Below are positions 18,650 through 30,134 of a stretch of 64,000 nucleotides of DNA, in pieces. The stretch spans positions 96,001 through 160,000 of the forward strand of contig JBJOKS010000002.1 in NCBI GenBank assembly GCA_046045965.1. Reading direction: 5' to 3'. The stretch's first letter is position 1, and every line of letters begins with the position of its first letter. The notes under the pieces were generated by a model. It was not told the DNA's origin. It did no database searches and saw only the letters and a list, made by a program, of their open reading frames with translations. Both the position numbers and the translations under genes were made by a program. Source of the DNA: Cyanobacteriota bacterium. Lineage in GTDB: Bacteria; Cyanobacteriota; Cyanobacteriia; Cyanobacteriales; Nostocaceae.

Positions 18650-21600
18650 GTATTCAAGAAAATAAGACCGCAAAAATGGCAATTGTCGGCATGGATGCCT
18701 TTTTTGGTGAATGTGATGGATTAGATGCTTTTGAGAGCAGTATTTATGACGGAAAACAGCATTTTATTCCCTTACCTGAAAAAAGATGGCATGGAATTAA
18801 TGAACAAGAAAAATTACTGCAAGAGTACGGTTTAGAAGCAGGAAGATCACCAAATGGCGCGTACATTAAAGATTTTGAAGTTGACACTTTGGCTTACAAA
18901 ATTCCACCTAATGAAGTTGAAAAACTCAATCCACAGCAGACCTTATTATTAAAAGTGTGCGATCGCGCCCTCAAAGATGGCAACATAAAACCTAACAGCA
19001 ATGTAGCCGTAATTATTGCCGCAGATACAGAATTATCTGTACACCAGCTACAACAACGGTGGAATTCATCTTGGCAACTAAAAGACGGTTTAAATAGGGC
19101 AGAAATTGCCTTGTCAACCGAAAAAATTACCCAATTAGAAAACATAATTAAAGATAGTATTCACCATCAAGTTGATATTGGCGAATATCTCAGTTATGTC
19201 GGCAATATTATGGCTAGTCGAGTTTCTTCTCTATGGAATTTCTCTGGTCCATCCTTGACTATTAGCGCCGTAGAAACTGCTACTTTTAAAGCTTTAGAAT
19301 TAGCAGAAATGCTATTAGCTACCAGGGAGGTGGAAGCAGTTGTTGTAGGTGCTGTTGACTTAGCTGGTGGAGTAGAAAACGTCTTACTCAGAAGTCAATT
19401 TGGTAAGCTAAATACAGGCATAAATACCCTCAGTTTTGATCAAAATGCAGACGGTTGGAATGTGGGAGAAGGTGCAGGTGCGGTAGTATTGCAACGACAT
19501 GATATAGCATTGCAAAATAATCAACGCATATATGCAATAATTGATGGTTTAAGTATTGGTCAATCTCCCTCAATGGCGATAAATGCAGATACGATCAACC
19601 AAGTCTGCAAACAGGCATTTAAACAAGCCGGAATTCAACCCCAAGAAGTCAACTATTTAGAAGTCTGCGGTAGTGGTATTCTCCAAGAAGACGAAGCGGA
19701 AATTAACGGTATCCTCCAAGCTTATCCTCCCATTGGTGATGGTTTGCATTGTGCCATTGGTAGCGTCAAAGCCAATATTGGTCATACTTTTGTCGCTTCC
19801 GGAATAGCCAGTTTAATTAAAACTGCCCTGAGTCTTTACTATAAATATCTACCTGCAACCCCCAACTGGTCTGGTGTCAAAACACCGCAAGTATGGGAAG
19901 GAAGTCCCTTTTATGTCGCTACCGAGTCCAGACCTTGGTTTTTGCAAAAAGAGGTCAAATGCAGAATTTCAGCTATTAATAGTATTGGTTGTGATGGTTC
20001 ATTTGCTCACGTTATCTTATCAGAAGAAACCCAACAAGAAGAACGCGGCAGTAGATATTTAGAGTCAAGACCATTTAATCTTTTTCCCATCGCTGCTGAT
20101 GACCAGTCTAGCTTATTTTCTGCATTAGATCAATTGCAACAAACAATTGAAAATGCTGAATGTTTGAAAACTACTGCAAGTCAAACATTTATTAAATTTC
20201 AGCAAACGCCTGATGCAAAATATACTCTATCTATCACCGGACGCAACCAAAAAGAATTACTTAAAGAAATAAATTCCGCTAAAAAAGGTGTCACTAATGC
20301 CTTTGAAAATGGCAAAGATTGGTTAACTCCTATTGGTAGTTATTTTACACCTAAGCCATTAGGAAAAAATGGCGAAATAGCCTTTGTTTATCCTGCCGCT
20401 GTTAACACCTATGTAGGTATTGGTCGGACTTTATTCCGGCTATTTCCTAAAGCCTTCGATGATGTAATTATGAAAAGTCTTTACAAGCGGGCAGCCGATG
20501 TAGAGAAATTAGTATTTCCTAGAAGCCTGAGTAAATTAACTACCAGGGAACTAGAAACACTAGAAAAGAAATTGTTAGATGATTCGCTGGCTATGTTTGA
20601 AGCAGAAATGCTCTTTACCAGATTCATCACCACAATTATCAGCGATGACTTCCAAATTAAACCCAAATACATCTTTGGTTACAGTTTAGGTGAAACCAGT
20701 ATGATGGTTGCCCAAGGAGTTTGGAGCAACTTCTATCAAGGAAGTAACACCTTTAACTCCTCCGCATTATTTGGTGATAGATTATCTGGACAAAAAAATG
20801 CAGTCAGAGAGTATTGGGGACTACCAAAAAATTCTGAAACTTATGATAATAATTTGTGGAGTAACTACGTTTTAATTGCCACTCCTGCACAAATCCGAGA
20901 AGTTTTAAAAACAGAAAATCGCGTCTACCTAACCCAGATTAACACACCAGAAGAAGTATTAATTGCCGGTGAACCAGCAGCCTGTGAACGAGTGATTAAA
21001 AAACTGGGATGTAATGCTTTTCCTGCACCATTTGATCATGTAATTCACGCTCCAGCAATGCACTCAGAATACCCAGAACTATTCCGACTCAACAACTTAC
21101 CAGCCCAAAAAATTACCGGAGTTACCTGTTATTCTGCTGCTGAATATCAACCTATTTCTCTAGAAAGTGAGGTAATTGCCCACAATATTGCCAAAGGATT
21201 ATGTCAAGAATTAGACTTTCCTCGCTTAGTAAATCGCGTTTATCAAGACGGAGCAAAAGTATTTATTGAAGCAGGTGCCGGTGGAATTTGTTCACGCTGG
21301 ATAGATAAAATTCTTAGCAACCAAGAACACATCACCATATCCTTAAATCGTCGCGGACTAGATGATCATACATCAATAGTCAAAGCCCTAGCAAAACTAC
21401 TCAGTCATAGAGTCAAATTAAATCTTTCTCCACTTTATAACCTATCCTCAGCTACAACTAAACAAAATAAAGCAGCCTTGAGAAAAGTTGCATTAGGTGG
21501 AAATTCCATGACTGCAACAATTTTAAGTACCGAAAACCGTCAGCTTTTCCAGAAAGATACTCCTCAAAAACAACAACAAACAATTCCCAATTACCGAGAG

Positions 21601-21957
21601 TATAAAATCATTAACTCCTTACAGCCATCATTAAAAATTGCCCCCAGTGAAATTTACCCCCAACCAGAAAAAACGACCATGAAAACTATCATGGATAACC
21701 GTTTAAAACCGCAAGAAGAATTAAACTCTTCAGAGTCAACTATCACCGAAAACCAAAAACCTCAAAACATTACTAGCAAAATCAATATGAATGATTTAAA
21801 AATATCTCAGTACCAAAAACTGACTAGCAACAACTCAAAATTAACAAAAGCCCATACCAGCTTTCTCGAAGCTAGACAAGATTTTAGTCAACAAATGAGC
21901 CAAATAATTCAACTCCAACTAGCTTGCGCTCAAAACTTACTCAACCCAGAAAAATAA
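18646..21957 (+). CDS. hglC: Chain-length factor / acyltransferase (PfaB/C-like)
   Basis: KS-like domain without the catalytic Cys, plus GYSLGE AT motif; ATGA overlap with hglD. Confidence 0.9.
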   Translation: MSIQENKTAKMAIVGMDAFFGECDGLDAFESSIYDGKQHFIPLPEKRWHGINEQEKLLQEYGLEAGRSPNGAYIKDFEVDTLAYKIPPNEVEKLNPQQTLLLKVCDRALKDGNIKPNSNVAVIIAADTELSVHQLQQRWNSSWQLKDGLNRAEIALSTEKITQLENIIKDSIHHQVDIGEYLSYVGNIMASRVSSLWNFSGPSLTISAVETATFKALELAEMLLATREVEAVVVGAVDLAGGVENVLLRSQFGKLNTGINTLSFDQNADGWNVGEGAGAVVLQRHDIALQNNQRIYAIIDGLSIGQSPSMAINADTINQVCKQAFKQAGIQPQEVNYLEVCGSGILQEDEAEINGILQAYPPIGDGLHCAIGSVKANIGHTFVASGIASLIKTALSLYYKYLPATPNWSGVKTPQVWEGSPFYVATESRPWFLQKEVKCRISAINSIGCDGSFAHVILSEETQQEERGSRYLESRPFNLFPIAADDQSSLFSALDQLQQTIENAECLKTTASQTFIKFQQTPDAKYTLSITGRNQKELLKEINSAKKGVTNAFENGKDWLTPIGSYFTPKPLGKNGEIAFVYPAAVNTYVGIGRTLFRLFPKAFDDVIMKSLYKRAADVEKLVFPRSLSKLTTRELETLEKKLLDDSLAMFEAEMLFTRFITTIISDDFQIKPKYIFGYSLGETSMMVAQGVWSNFYQGSNTFNSSALFGDRLSGQKNAVREYWGLPKNSETYDNNLWSNYVLIATPAQIREVLKTENRVYLTQINTPEEVLIAGEPAACERVIKKLGCNAFPAPFDHVIHAPAMHSEYPELFRLNNLPAQKITGVTCYSAAEYQPISLESEVIAHNIAKGLCQELDFPRLVNRVYQDGAKVFIEAGAGGICSRWIDKILSNQEHITISLNRRGLDDHTSIVKALAKLLSHRVKLNLSPLYNLSSATTKQNKAALRKVALGGNSMTATILSTENRQLFQKDTPQKQQQTIPNYREYKIINSLQPSLKIAPSEIYPQPEKTTMKTIMDNRLKPQEELNSSESTITENQKPQNITSKINMNDLKISQYQKLTSNNSKLTKAHTSFLEARQDFSQQMSQIIQLQLACAQNLLNPEK

Positions 21958-21963
21958 TCTCCT

Positions 21964-22038
21964 GTAGGTTGGGTTAAGCGAAGCGCAAACCAAAAAATTT
22001 ACCAAAATGTTGGGCTTCCTTACATTAACCCAACCTAC
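21964..22038. repeat. Long REP/BIME-like element, copy 2
   Basis: Same GTAGGTTGGGTT/AACCCAACCTAC ends as 17070-17160, shorter interior. Confidence 0.8.
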
Positions 22039-22073
22039 TAATTCATTACTTATAAACTGAGGAAAAAACTACC

Positions 22074-23744
22074 GTGACAACATTCAATACGGTACTAAAT
22101 AAACACAATAACGGACTAACCTTTTCCAGTTTCTCCAATCATCAAAACCAAACTTGGAGAGGTTCAATAGACTGTATCGCCTTTGAGCAAAACGCCATCA
22201 AAGATAAATTACTCACCCTCGAAAAACCCTGTCATATAGTCAAAATAGCAGGTAACATAGGCGTAACTAACGACGGTTATTTAACACCTGCTCATAACGG
22301 TGCTTCCGAACAAGCCGAACTATTAATATCATTACCACCTTTGGGATTGCAACAATTTGGCGACTCCAAATTTCTCACTGATTATAGTGTAAAATACGCC
22401 TATATGACAGGTGCAATGGCTGGTGGTATTGCTTCCGAAGAAATGGTAATTGCACTAGGAAAACAAAAACTTTTAGGTTCTTTTGGTGCAGGTGGTTTAC
22501 CTCCAGAACGCATAGAAACAGCCATTCAACGTATACAAGAAGCCTTACCTAATGGACCCTATGCTTTTAATTTAATTCACAGTCCTAACGAACCAGCAAT
22601 AGAACGCCGCGCCGTAGAATTATACTTAAAATATGGTGTCACAACAGTAGAAGCATCGGCATTTTTAGACTTAACTTCCAACATCGTTTATTATCGAGTC
22701 GCAGGACTAAGTTTAAATGCAAATCATCAAATTGAAATCAAAAATAAAGTCATTGCTAAAATTTCTCGTCGAGAAGTAGCGACTAAATTTTTGCAACCAC
22801 CACCAGCAAGAATTATCAAAGAATTACTTGAACAAGGGCTAATTACTGAACTGCAAGCAAGTTTAGCCAGCAAAGTGCCAATGGCTGATGATATTACCGT
22901 AGAAGCTGATTCTGGCGGCCATACAGATAATCGTCCCCTGGTATGTTTGCTCCCTTCAATTATTAGTTTACGGGACGAAATTCAAGCACAATATCAATAT
23001 GAAAAACCCATTAGAGTGGGAGTAGCAGGAGGAATTGGTACACCAGAATCTGCCTTAGCTGCTTTTATGATGGGTGCTGCTTATATAGTCACCGGTTCTA
23101 TTAATCAATCCTGTATTGAATCTGGAGCTTGTGATTACACCAAAAAATTATTAGCTCAAGCAGAAATGGCTGATATGATGATGGCTCCCGCTGCTGATAT
23201 GTTTGAAATGGGAGTCAAATTACAAGTCCTTAAACGCGGAACAATGTTTCCCATGCGGGCGCAAAAACTATATGAATTATACCGCAGCTATGACTCAATT
23301 GAAGATATTCCTTTAGCCGAAAGAGAGAAGTTAGAAAAACAAATCTTCCGTAAAACTATCGCTGAAGTTTGGGAAGGAACAGCCGCTTATTTATCACAGA
23401 AAAATCCTGAAAAATTAGGTAAAGCGGTTAATAATCCTAAATTAAAAATGGCTTTAATTTTCCGTTGGTATTTAGGTTTATCTTCCCGTTGGTCTAGTGC
23501 TGGTGAAAAAGGTCGAGAAGTCGATTATCAAATTTGGTGCGGTCCAGCAATGGGTGGTTTCAATGACTGGGTGCGTGGTTCTTATTTAGCAGAACCTCAA
23601 AACCGTCACGTTGTTGATGTTGCTAATCATATTATGTTAGGAACTGCCTTTTTATATCGCATTCAAAACCTAAAATTCCAAGGTTTGCAACTTCCCAGTT
23701 TTTACAGTCAATATCAACCAGTTCGTTCTACATTGGAGATGTAA
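22074..23744 (+). CDS. hglA: PfaD-family enoyl reductase
   Basis: [29 protein letters not shown] motifs. Confidence 0.92.
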   Translation: MTTFNTVLNKHNNGLTFSSFSNHQNQTWRGSIDCIAFEQNAIKDKLLTLEKPCHIVKIAGNIGVTNDGYLTPAHNGASEQAELLISLPPLGLQQFGDSKFLTDYSVKYAYMTGAMAGGIASEEMVIALGKQKLLGSFGAGGLPPERIETAIQRIQEALPNGPYAFNLIHSPNEPAIERRAVELYLKYGVTTVEASAFLDLTSNIVYYRVAGLSLNANHQIEIKNKVIAKISRREVATKFLQPPPARIIKELLEQGLITELQASLASKVPMADDITVEADSGGHTDNRPLVCLLPSIISLRDEIQAQYQYEKPIRVGVAGGIGTPESALAAFMMGAAYIVTGSINQSCIESGACDYTKKLLAQAEMADMMMAPAADMFEMGVKLQVLKRGTMFPMRAQKLYELYRSYDSIEDIPLAEREKLEKQIFRKTIAEVWEGTAAYLSQKNPEKLGKAVNNPKLKMALIFRWYLGLSSRWSSAGEKGREVDYQIWCGPAMGGFNDWVRGSYLAEPQNRHVVDVANHIMLGTAFLYRIQNLKFQGLQLPSFYSQYQPVRSTLEM

Positions 23745-23746
23745 AA

Positions 23747-25264
23747 ATGAATTTAAAACCTGCTTATACTGCTGAAAATATTCAATCTTTCATGGTAGCT
23801 AATTTAGCGGAAGTGCTAGGAACAACTCCAGCAGAAATTGACGTTCAAGAACATTTAGAAAATTATGGTTTGGATTCAGCCCAAGCTATGATTATTATCA
23901 GTAAGTTGGAGAATTTACTAGGTTTTAAACCTTCTCCTGTTTTACTTTGGCATTATCCCACTATTGCTGCACTTTCTCAACGTTTATCTGAAGAATTACC
24001 AGGTGAAGCACAGTTAAAAGATGCGGTAAATGGAACAGTTTCAACTGTTAATATTGCTCCCCCTTTCCTAGATTTAGGTGCTGAAGCTGTACTTGACCCA
24101 ACTATTCAACCAGTGGGTAATACTGCTATTTCTGTTACCAATCCCAAAAACATCTTTTTAACTGGAGGAACAGGTTATTTAGGTGCTTTTGTAATCAAGG
24201 AACTCCTAGCAGAAACTCAAGCAACTCTCTATTGTTTGGTGCGTGCTGCTGATGTTGTAGAAGGGAAGAATAAATTAGAAAAAAATCTTCAACAGTATGC
24301 AATTTGGGATGATAAATATACTTCTCGAATTATTCCTATTGTTGGTGATTTAGCCCAGCCACTTTTAGGTATTGGTGCAGAACAGTTTGAAAATCTAGCT
24401 GCTAATATTGACACCATTTATCATAGTGGTGCTTTGCTGAATTATGTCTATCCCTATTCAGCATTAAAAACAGCTAATGTTTTAGGAACTCAAGAGGTTT
24501 TAAGGTTAGCTTGTAAAACCAAAATTAAGCCTGTACATTATGTTTCTAGCGTCGCTGTTTTTGAATCTACTGCTTATGCAGGTCAAGTAGTTAAAGAACA
24601 GGATGATTTTCATGATTGGCAAGGTATTTTCTTAGGTTATTCTCAAACAAAATGGGTAGCAGAAAAGTTAGTTAAAATTGCCAGTGACCGGGGACTTCCT
24701 GTTACAATATATAGACCACCTTTAATTGCTGGAGATAGCAAAACAGGGATTTGTAACACCCATGATTTTATCAATTTGATGATTAAAGGCTGTCTACAAA
24801 TGGGGTCTTTCCCTGATGTAGATTATATGTTGGATATGTCTCCAGTAGATTATGTAAGTAAAGCCGTAGTTTATTTATCCAGACAGGAAACATCAATTGG
24901 TAAAGCTTTTCATTTACAACATCCTCAACCAGCTTCTTTAAAATCTTTAGTGGAATGGATACGCACTTTTGGTTTTAAATTAGAAATGATTCCCTACGAA
25001 CAATGGCAAGCTGATTTAATCAATAATGTCACTGACCAAGAGAATCCATTATACACCCTCAGACCATTTTTATTAGAGCGTTGGTCTGATGAACAAATCA
25101 CCATTCCTGATTTGTATTTGCAAGCTAGAAGGCCAATCATTAGCTGCGAAGAAACCCTAGAAGCTTTGAAAGGAAGTTCCATTGTTTGTCCTCCTATTGA
25201 TTCCCAATTGTTGATAACTTACACTTCCTATTTGATGCAAACAGGTTTCCTCAGTCTCGTATAA
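23747..25264 (+). CDS. hglB: ACP plus thioester reductase (HglB/HetM)
   Basis: N-terminal [15 protein letters not shown] and GYSQTKW reductase motifs. Confidence 0.92.
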   Translation: MNLKPAYTAENIQSFMVANLAEVLGTTPAEIDVQEHLENYGLDSAQAMIIISKLENLLGFKPSPVLLWHYPTIAALSQRLSEELPGEAQLKDAVNGTVSTVNIAPPFLDLGAEAVLDPTIQPVGNTAISVTNPKNIFLTGGTGYLGAFVIKELLAETQATLYCLVRAADVVEGKNKLEKNLQQYAIWDDKYTSRIIPIVGDLAQPLLGIGAEQFENLAANIDTIYHSGALLNYVYPYSALKTANVLGTQEVLRLACKTKIKPVHYVSSVAVFESTAYAGQVVKEQDDFHDWQGIFLGYSQTKWVAEKLVKIASDRGLPVTIYRPPLIAGDSKTGICNTHDFINLMIKGCLQMGSFPDVDYMLDMSPVDYVSKAVVYLSRQETSIGKAFHLQHPQPASLKSLVEWIRTFGFKLEMIPYEQWQADLINNVTDQENPLYTLRPFLLERWSDEQITIPDLYLQARRPIISCEETLEALKGSSIVCPPIDSQLLITYTSYLMQTGFLSLV

Positions 25265-25379
25265 TTATAGTCTTGTATAGTCTTGAAAAAGTAGGGTAGG
25301 TATTGCCTACCTTACAGAATTATCATGTTAGCACCATTAAATTGCTAATAATTTTAGGTGAATATCACCATTTTTTAAT

Positions 25380-26183
25380 ATGAACATCAAAGGTCAATTA
25401 CAGTGTCAAGAAACTGTTCTTATTACTGGAGCAGCTAGTGGAATTGGCTACCAATTAGCCTGTATATTTGCCTCTGAGAATTATCATCTTGTCCTAGTAG
25501 ATAGAAACGAAATCAAACTTCTAGAAATCGCTGTCTATTTCCAAGAAAAATTTAATATTCTTGTTAAAACCATTGTCAAAGATTTATCCATAGCATCGTC
25601 TCCTGAAGAAATTTTCACGGAGTTGCAACAAACCGACATTAAAGTTAATATTCTTGTGAATAATGCCGGATTTGGTACTTATGGTTTATTCAATGAAACC
25701 AGTTTAAAAAATGAGCTAGAAATGTTGCAGGTTAATTTAGTTTGTTTGACTCATTTAACCAAGCTATTTCTCAAGGATATGGTGAAGCAAGGTCAGGGAA
25801 AAATCTTAAATGTTTCTTCGGCTGCTGCTTTTCAACCTGGTCCTTTAATGGCGGTTTATTTTGCCACTAAAGCTTATGTTTTATCTTTTTCTGAAGCTAT
25901 TGCTAATGAGTTAGAAGGTACAGGTGTAACAGTAACAGTTCTGTGTCCAGGTTCTACTGTATCTGCATTTCATGAACGCACAGGAATGGCAGATTCTAAG
26001 CTGGTTAAGGGGCAAAAAATGATGGATGCTGAAACTGTAGCTCTGATTGGGTATGATGCCTTAATGCGAGGTAAAACAATTGTTATTCCCGGACTTTTAA
26101 ATAAAATTTTGGCCAAAAGTGTCAGATTTTTTCCTAGAAAGCTGGTAACAAAAATTGTCAGGAGTATGCAGGAAGATAAATAA
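25380..26183 (+). CDS. Short-chain dehydrogenase at the hetN position, without the RGSGR motif
   Basis: TGAASGIG, NNAGFG, YFATK; KQGQGK where HetN has ERGSGR. Confidence 0.8.
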   Translation: MNIKGQLQCQETVLITGAASGIGYQLACIFASENYHLVLVDRNEIKLLEIAVYFQEKFNILVKTIVKDLSIASSPEEIFTELQQTDIKVNILVNNAGFGTYGLFNETSLKNELEMLQVNLVCLTHLTKLFLKDMVKQGQGKILNVSSAAAFQPGPLMAVYFATKAYVLSFSEAIANELEGTGVTVTVLCPGSTVSAFHERTGMADSKLVKGQKMMDAETVALIGYDALMRGKTIVIPGLLNKILAKSVRFFPRKLVTKIVRSMQEDK

Positions 26184-26369
26184 TAATTTAGGAGTTTGTA
26201 GGGGTTTAGCAATGCTAAACCCTGACTTACAGGATTTTTACTGCCAAATTCTTTCAGTCCGTTTTAACGGACTTTGGCTATGAGAATGAGAATTTATTTC
26301 CAGACGGGAGAGGTGTTGCTTGAGAAAGGAGAAATTTATAAATTAAACTGAGGTTGATACACCAACAGA

Positions 26370-27392
26370 CTACTTAATTGGGTTTCGTTTGAAACCAGCA
26401 TATCCACCAGTAGTAAACCAATATTCCCAACTTCCACCAGAAGCATTTGACCAATTATTGAGGTCGAATTTTCCACTTCCTTCTGGTGTTCCGGCAATTT
26501 TATAAACTTTAACTGCCTTGCCGTTATTATTCCAAATTACGGGTAAATGCCGTTTAACTTGTTCTGGTTCTGCACCGTTAATTTGCAAGAAATAGGCATC
26601 TTGTCCTTTATCAGCACCATTACCAAATACTTTAGCAATTCCTTTTTCATCAATGGCAACAAAAGCACCTTCTTCTAAACCAATGGCAAAAGCTGAAAGT
26701 CGATTGCTATCATGGACAACTCTAGCTAATAATCCAAAAAGTCTTCCGTATCTTGTTTCAGGATGGTTTTTATCAATCCTATCTAAATGCGTATCAGTAA
26801 TAACATTTTTTAGAAATGGAACTTTAATAAAATCACTGCGATAAATATCCTTTGTATTGTGGTGAAAGGGATCATTTAAAATTTCTGAACTCAGCACACC
26901 CTGATGGGAAGGTACATAATAGTAATCTCCCAAAATTGCCATACCGGCACTAGTTCCAGCAATAGGAATCTTTTTTTCATTAATCAAAAAATTAATTGCG
27001 TCTTCTACTGCTGTTCCTTCCCAATAATCTTCATAGGCATTTTGATCACCACCAGCTATAAATAGAGCGTCGGCCTGGCGGATATATTCAATAACTTCTG
27101 GATCATCCGCTGCTTCTCGACTGTCAATAGAAAGTTCAGCTGCTGAACTGATAAAATCTCTATAATTATCACAAATCCAATCAGCGTGTTTGCCTACTCC
27201 ACCAGAACGAAGCACTAAAAAATTGCCCCGATTTGCTCTTTTAAGAAACCATTGCGTAGCTGCATCTTCTCCAGATTTTTTGCCTTCTGCACCACCAATT
27301 AACAGAATTCCAGGAACTGGTTTAGCTGATGTCTTATTGACTTTTCCGCATTCTCTAATATAGTCAAAGTCTCGTCTTACCATAAACATCAC
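26370..27392 (-). CDS. Cyanophycinase-like peptidase S51
   Basis: LIGGAE, FIAGGDQ, GTSAG nucleophile, TDTH and RYGRL motifs. Confidence 0.8.
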   Translation of the reverse strand: MMFMVRRDFDYIRECGKVNKTSAKPVPGILLIGGAEGKKSGEDAATQWFLKRANRGNFLVLRSGGVGKHADWICDNYRDFISSAAELSIDSREAADDPEVIEYIRQADALFIAGGDQNAYEDYWEGTAVEDAINFLINEKKIPIAGTSAGMAILGDYYYVPSHQGVLSSEILNDPFHHNTKDIYRSDFIKVPFLKNVITDTHLDRIDKNHPETRYGRLFGLLARVVHDSNRLSAFAIGLEEGAFVAIDEKGIAKVFGNGADKGQDAYFLQINGAEPEQVKRHLPVIWNNNGKAVKVYKIAGTPEGSGKFDLNNWSNASGGSWEYWFTTGGYAGFKRNPIK

Positions 27393-27599
27393 ATTTGCTA
27401 CTTATTGAGAATGACAAATCTTGAGAACCTTTGATGTTCAAAAAATACATTTTTATAAATTATTAAGAATGGTGTAGAATATCTGCTATTCGTTACCTTT
27501 TGCGTTTATGCAGCATAAAAAAGAAACAATAATCATCCAATCTTGTTTCCTATCACCTATTTCCTATGTTTATTGCAAATGCTCTACAGTTAGGGCAAA

Positions 27600-28868
27600 C
27601 TATTGGTTTTTTTGAATCAAACTGTTTAAAGCAGAAGCTGTTTCCTCTGGTTTTCCAGACCCAGGGAAAACTAAAATACTCTTAATTTCCGGGTTATCTA
27701 CTAATTCTTTGACTCGATGAAACTGTTGCTCAGTAATAGCAACCCCTTCATAATTTTTAGCATAATTTAATTCTTCCTTAAAATTAGCATCATTATAAAC
27801 TTGAATAAAAACTCTATCCACATTCCATTTCTCCCAATCAGCAGCAAAGTATCTTTTAGCCCAATAAGGATTATGATGACAAAGATCAAAACTCACTGAA
27901 GAATTAGCTTGTTTCATCCCCGTGATCATTTGCTGCACAAAAGTAGTTAACTTAGTTGTGCGATCTACTTTTCCTGGTAATTCAGCATGATATCCTAGAT
28001 AATCATCCCATTGCACAGCATCAATTTTTGGATACCTCTGCACAAACTCAACTACAATATTTTTAAAGAAATTAGCAACTTCAGGAATTTCTACATCAAG
28101 CACATAATGATCAATGCCAGAATAGGTTTTATCTACACCAGGAACAATCCATTTTTTAGCAACTGCTAAATCAAAAATTGGGCTTTTTTCGTCTATTTTA
28201 ATTCCTTTCTCAAAATAAGCGTGAACTTCCATCCCCTGTTTATGTGCCTCATCAATCAGCCAATCTAGCCATTGGTCTTGAAACAAGTTTGGACAACTTT
28301 TATAACCTAGAGTTTGCTGCATAACCTTACTATTGTACATCGTACAACCATTACCCCAAACACCATGAAGAATCGTATTAAATCCTTGAGAGCGATAAAA
28401 TCTCACTCTTTCACGAATCACGTTTTCATTGGCATTATTAGTAATGTGGTAGCGACTGAAATAAATTCCTCTAATTACTTTCTTATCCCAAGAATTGGCA
28501 AATGTTGAAGTTTTTGAAAGTACATTTTTTTTAATTGCATCTTGCTGATTATTAGGATTGATTGATAGAGCAGGAGTAGGAATTTTACTAGCAATAGGTA
28601 TAGGATTTAAACTAGTAATAGAGCTAGGAATTGGTAGAGGTGTAGGATTTAAACTAGGCGTAGGTGTTGCTGTAGAAATCGGTATTTGATTTGATTGTTG
28701 CTGGAAAAGGGGACTAACAACTTCTTGACCTTTAGCCCACAAATAACCGACATCTATATTATCTCTTTGGCTAAATAACCAATAACCTCCTCCCAAAATA
28801 ATTACAATTACAGACAATGGAATATTGGCGCATCCACATCCAGTTGGTTCTTGTTTTTTAGGAGGCAT
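27600..28868 (-). CDS. Membrane-anchored glycoside hydrolase-like protein (GHL10/DUF187)
   Basis: N-terminal TM, Pro/Thr linker, RGIY, EAHKQGMEVHAYFE, DAVQWDDY. Confidence 0.75.
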   Translation of the reverse strand: MPPKKQEPTGCGCANIPLSVIVIILGGGYWLFSQRDNIDVGYLWAKGQEVVSPLFQQQSNQIPISTATPTPSLNPTPLPIPSSITSLNPIPIASKIPTPALSINPNNQQDAIKKNVLSKTSTFANSWDKKVIRGIYFSRYHITNNANENVIRERVRFYRSQGFNTILHGVWGNGCTMYNSKVMQQTLGYKSCPNLFQDQWLDWLIDEAHKQGMEVHAYFEKGIKIDEKSPIFDLAVAKKWIVPGVDKTYSGIDHYVLDVEIPEVANFFKNIVVEFVQRYPKIDAVQWDDYLGYHAELPGKVDRTTKLTTFVQQMITGMKQANSSVSFDLCHHNPYWAKRYFAADWEKWNVDRVFIQVYNDANFKEELNYAKNYEGVAITEQQFHRVKELVDNPEIKSILVFPGSGKPEETASALNSLIQKNQ

Positions 28869-29157
28869 AGTAATATAGTTTCCAAGTAATTAAATACTGA
28901 AAAATAAACAGATATATTTCAGATTATCAAGTAAATACCGCTTCAAATCTCCAGATTCCGGTTACGAGTTACAAAATATTTACAATTGACAACACTCATA
29001 GCGGACAAGATCCTCAATTCCTCCGTGTTCTCTGTTCTCTTAATTACTCTCACTAATCACCAGCATCCTGCCTCCTAAAATTTCCACAGTCCTCTATTGC
29101 TGTGATATTATGGAAAACTGCTGCATACATTTAGAAAAAATAGAAATTTCATAGATT

Positions 29158-29427
29158 ATGGCTCTGACGCAACAGCGCAAACAAGAACTCATCTCTGGCT
29201 TCCAAGTACATGAAACCGATACCGGTTCAGCGGATGTCCAAATCGCTATGTTAACTGATCGCATTAACCGCCTCAGTCAGCACCTCCAAGCTAACAAGAA
29301 AGATCACTCCTCCCGCAGAGGACTATTAAAGATGATCGGACAACGCAAGCGTCTTTTAGCTTATGTTCAGCAAAACAACCGGGAAAAGTATCAAGCTTTG
29401 ATTTCTCGCCTCGGTATTCGTGGTTAG
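29158..29427 (+). CDS. rpsO: 30S ribosomal protein S15
   Basis: [22 protein letters not shown]. Confidence 0.98.
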   Translation: MALTQQRKQELISGFQVHETDTGSADVQIAMLTDRINRLSQHLQANKKDHSSRRGLLKMIGQRKRLLAYVQQNNREKYQALISRLGIRG

Positions 29428-29439
29428 GAACTACAGCTT

Positions 29440-29910
29440 ATGTCTGCTGAAGAATCAGATCGCAGTCGCTTACCTTTTGAACCAAACACAAAGCGTCAAA
29501 AAACTACAAAAGCTAAAAGTAAACCCGTAATCAAGGAACAGGAATCAAGTCAAAAGTCGCAAAAGCAGCCACCATTCACTAAAGAAGAAATGGCGATTCC
29601 TGAAGTGGTCAGCCAGCGGATGATCCGCAGAGTCGCTGCATTTTGTGGTATACCTACGGCTTTAGGTATTACTACTCTGGTGGCCAGCTATTTGTTGGTC
29701 AGCTACGCTCATATCCAATTACCTCCTATCGCTGTGTTATTGGTCAACATGGGATTATTTGGTATCGGGGTTTTAGGCATAACTTATGGTGTTCTTTCTG
29801 CCTCTTGGGATGAAGACAGCCCTGGAACTTTAATAGGTTTGGGTGAATTTAAGATCAACTGGGGAAGGATGACTGAAGTTTGGCGTGAAACACGCAAAAA
29901 GAACGTCTGA
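29440..29910 (+). CDS. PAM68 family protein (DUF3464)
   Basis: IPEVVSQRM and YGVLSASWD motifs, two TMs; conserved position after rpsO. Confidence 0.9.
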   Translation: MSAEESDRSRLPFEPNTKRQKTTKAKSKPVIKEQESSQKSQKQPPFTKEEMAIPEVVSQRMIRRVAAFCGIPTALGITTLVASYLLVSYAHIQLPPIAVLLVNMGLFGIGVLGITYGVLSASWDEDSPGTLIGLGEFKINWGRMTEVWRETRKKNV

Positions 29911-30134
29911 TCAGCGGCGCTCAGGTATCTTTAGATAACTGCAATATTGGGTAAATTAGTGAATAAATTTTGTCTGATTTATACCCAATATTCAGGAAAA
30001 GTACCTCACGCTACATTTTTTCTATATTTTCTAGCTTAATTATTTAGTAATTCCAGTAGGCAAAAGTAAAGTCAACATTCCTGAGTCGGTAAATATTTTA
30101 CGCAAATTTTACTCAAAAATACAGGGATTTTAAA

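Noticed and set aside
20038..20058. ERGSR in HglC as a PatS-like signal
   Set aside because: Lacks the second Gly of RGSGR and lies in a PKS linker.
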